Below, piece by piece: positions 62,620-64,000 of a stretch of 64,000 nucleotides of DNA. Every line of letters begins with the position of its first letter. The stretch's first letter is position 1. The position numbers and the translations under genes are program-made. Origin of the DNA: Lepidodermella squamata (Eukaryota > Animalia > Gastrotricha); NCBI GenBank assembly GCA_047495785.1, contig JBLDXI010000017.1, forward strand, positions 1,736,001 to 1,800,000. Direction: 5' to 3'. Below the pieces are notes generated by a model. The model did not search any database, was not told where the DNA came from, and was given only the letters and a program-made list of their open reading frames with translations.

Positions 62620-64000
62620 CAATTAAAAATAAAAACAGCAAAACTGTTGCGAAAAAAATCTTGGATAATAAAATATCAGCGCAATTCAAAAATTAATAAA
62701 AGAAGCCAGCTAAAAGTATCGAATAGAGTTTAATATAAATATTCGTCGTCTCAAGTTCGAAAATTTGACCTCCGTCAAAATACGCAATCACATGAGTCAG
62801 TACTGGCAACACGCTAGGGATTATCATCGTTTTCCGCTTAGCAGTTGCGGAAATAAATGTCTCTGAAAACGAGTCGTAACGATTTAGGATTAGCCTAATA
62901 TCAATAACACGAATTGTATTGCTAATTTCACGGCGAAACTGGCTTCACGTTTTCAACTTTGGTGGCGATAGAAAACGGGCTTCATAACTAATTCAGATTT
63001 TGTGTTATATTACGTCTCAGTTTACAGCGTCATTATATTCGATCGCACACGTAAAATAAATGTGATTGATTTTCAGCGTGCAAGGTGTGCTGCGCTGAAA
63101 ATTTCGCAGTCTACGCCGGAATTGATTGCCTCCAGCCAGAGTGATTAAAACTAAACCGATCAACTGATTGTTTTTTTCGTACAAATATCCGGAAAATGAA
63201 CGTCCCTTGAACTAATGCGCACTACAACCGCCGCCTATCGAACACATTCTAGTTATGTATAATAATAAAGTATAACTTACAATTCAGGGCTTATGAGTTA
63301 ATTCTTAATTCCAAGTATAGACAAACTTGAAACTTCTATTATGAGAACTTTCAGCAAGCTTTCATGACCTCTTTTTTTGAGAAACCCTCGACCTTCACGA
63401 GAGAAGCCATGGAAGTTTGAGTCGATTTAATTGAATGAAGCTTTTCCAACAATAGAACTACAGGATTAATACGATTCAATTTTGAACAGGTTCATTAAAA
63501 AAAATATGTACAGCCTTGATTTAAAGGTTCTAAGGCCAAGGGTTCTATGACTTCTAGGAGCAAAAGATTGAAGATTTAACAATTCTCCAAATCAATAAAA
63601 TTAGAAAAGATTTAAGAGCAAAGATAAAATGGAAACGCAGTAAGAACAATTAATTAAATAGCAATAAATTCACGGTTAATATTTATGACCAAAGGACAGG
63701 AAGTTTAGAGCTAACAGATAAAGGCAATCGATAAAATAGCGTGCATTTTTTCGTTGAAAATGGTGCTGTAGACACTTTTGGTAAACCAGTCCAGCAGTCG
63801 ATCTTGATGCTCAACTGGCGTTATAGATTAAATCTCGAACGGATACGTATACGAAGTTGGTATTTATGGCGTTACTACTTTTCCAGGGTGGCGGCCTGTT
63901 TACTTCAAATCGAGACCCGACTTGATCGCTTCCTCTTATTGCGCCCACAATTTTGTAAAAATAGGTCATCACCGGCGATGTTTGGGAACGTAAATTTCTC

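Noticed and set aside
62700-64000. Region upstream of the GPCR
   Set aside because: No ORF, RNA gene or repeat structure that I could support

Overview
AT-rich eukaryotic DNA, almost certainly animal, with short (~45-70 nt) spliceosomal introns; the organism was not identified. The window is dominated by a minus-strand tandem array of 20 highly diverged paralogous genes (labelled N1-N20 from right to left). Each encodes an N-terminal helical/coiled-coil domain, a basic NLS-like linker and an NHL-type beta-propeller, i.e. TRIM-NHL-like but with no RING or B-box. Two further mini-genes encode only the helical domain. Many neighbours are just 27-150 bp apart with an unpaired splice acceptor before the ATG, the signature of SL trans-spliced operons. 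Embedded in the array, partly inside its introns, are six full copies and one truncated copy of a 90-nt structured RNA that looks like an unfamiliar spliced-leader RNA (30-nt leader AACCATCTGCGAATTTGATTTGTGTCTAAG followed by GTATG). There are also four fixed tRNA-iMet -> U1 snRNA cassettes whose U1 has a non-canonical Sm site, and one solo tRNA-iMet. Other content: two paralogous type-I membrane proteins, three small secreted-protein genes on the plus strand (splice models built here), a class A GPCR, a Crinkler-like HNH ORF and an OTU relic inside a 6.5-kb intron, and MULE and non-LTR remnants. All gene models and family assignments were made by eye, with no database searches.
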